Assembly (NCBI RefSeq): GCF_001194135.2
Contig: NC_068981.1
Coordinates: forward strand, 43,501,009 to 43,551,660
Reading direction: 5' to 3'
Length of the DNA: 50,652 bases
Source of the DNA: Octopus bimaculoides
Taxonomy: Eukaryota
Part shown: positions 50,126 to 50,652 of the stretch, in pieces
How positions within the stretch are numbered: position 1 is the stretch's first letter
Layout: the number at the start of each line of letters is the position of its first letter
The notes under the pieces: model-generated
What the model saw: only the letters and a program-made list of their open reading frames with translations
Database searches by the model: none
What the model was told of the DNA's origin: nothing
Position numbers and translations under genes: made by a program

Positions 50126-50652
50126 CGTGCGCATGTGTTTAAGGCAATATGCACAAAAGAAAACAACATGGTAGGGATAAGTTTTAACAGATGTATTAGT
50201 CTGATGCTTCAAAAAAATGGAAAGTGTTTTGACATTTTGAACATTGGCCCTTCCTCAGGAAAAATAAAAGAATAAGAAAGTTGGTGGGAAGAATAAAAAG
50301 AAAGAGTAAGGAAGATTGTTAAAAAAAGAGTTAAGAGTGAGGTAGAAATGCAGTTCTATTGGGTAGAGTTAGGAAGGGAAGAAGAAAAGGTGTGGTGTGC
50401 ATGTAATGGAGTGTATCTGTGTATAGAGATAGGCATAAAGGAGAGGTGATGTGTATGTGGTGGTATGGGGTACATATGGTTACTTGGGGTGTGTGTAGTT
50501 GTGTAGAGGTTTACAAGACAAGAGTGTCATAGTGTGTGATTATATATATATATATATGGACTTCCAAAAATCCCCAAGAGCAAAACTATTTCTGAAGCTT
50601 GCAAAAAGTCCACTTCCACCTGCATCACTGTACCACATCCCACTGATCTCAA

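Overview
AT-rich (roughly 30-35% GC by eye) eukaryotic genomic DNA with six N-gaps, most of them bordered by (AT)n. There is no prokaryotic operon, rRNA, true tRNA gene or CRISPR array. The dense microsatellites and the SINE families resemble Octopus/cephalopod genomes (inference from recalled repeat sequences; no search was run). Most recognisable sequence is decayed mobile DNA: about 25 SINE copies from 4-5 modular families, four mariner and one Tc1 remnant, two RTE-type LINE fragments, an R4/Dong-like fragment, a decayed Penelope-like element (RT plus GIY-YIG) split by a SINE, a fold-back MITE and two long palindromes. Nearly all ORFs in the supplied track are microsatellite, gap or transposon artefacts. 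The most interesting signals are: (1) a minimal type I hammerhead-ribozyme motif at 35745-35790 and a looser one at 12570-12692 beside a 155-bp inverted repeat; (2) a hand-built chain of nine phase-compatible minus-strand exons (16711 to 2817, 944 nt, about 313 aa) encoding an unidentified protein with a hydrophobic C-terminus; (3) two mariner remnants with an inverted 5' end; (4) an exact 61-bp local copy of decayed RT sequence about 1 kb from its source. All alignments and translations were done by hand. The gene model is a hypothesis.
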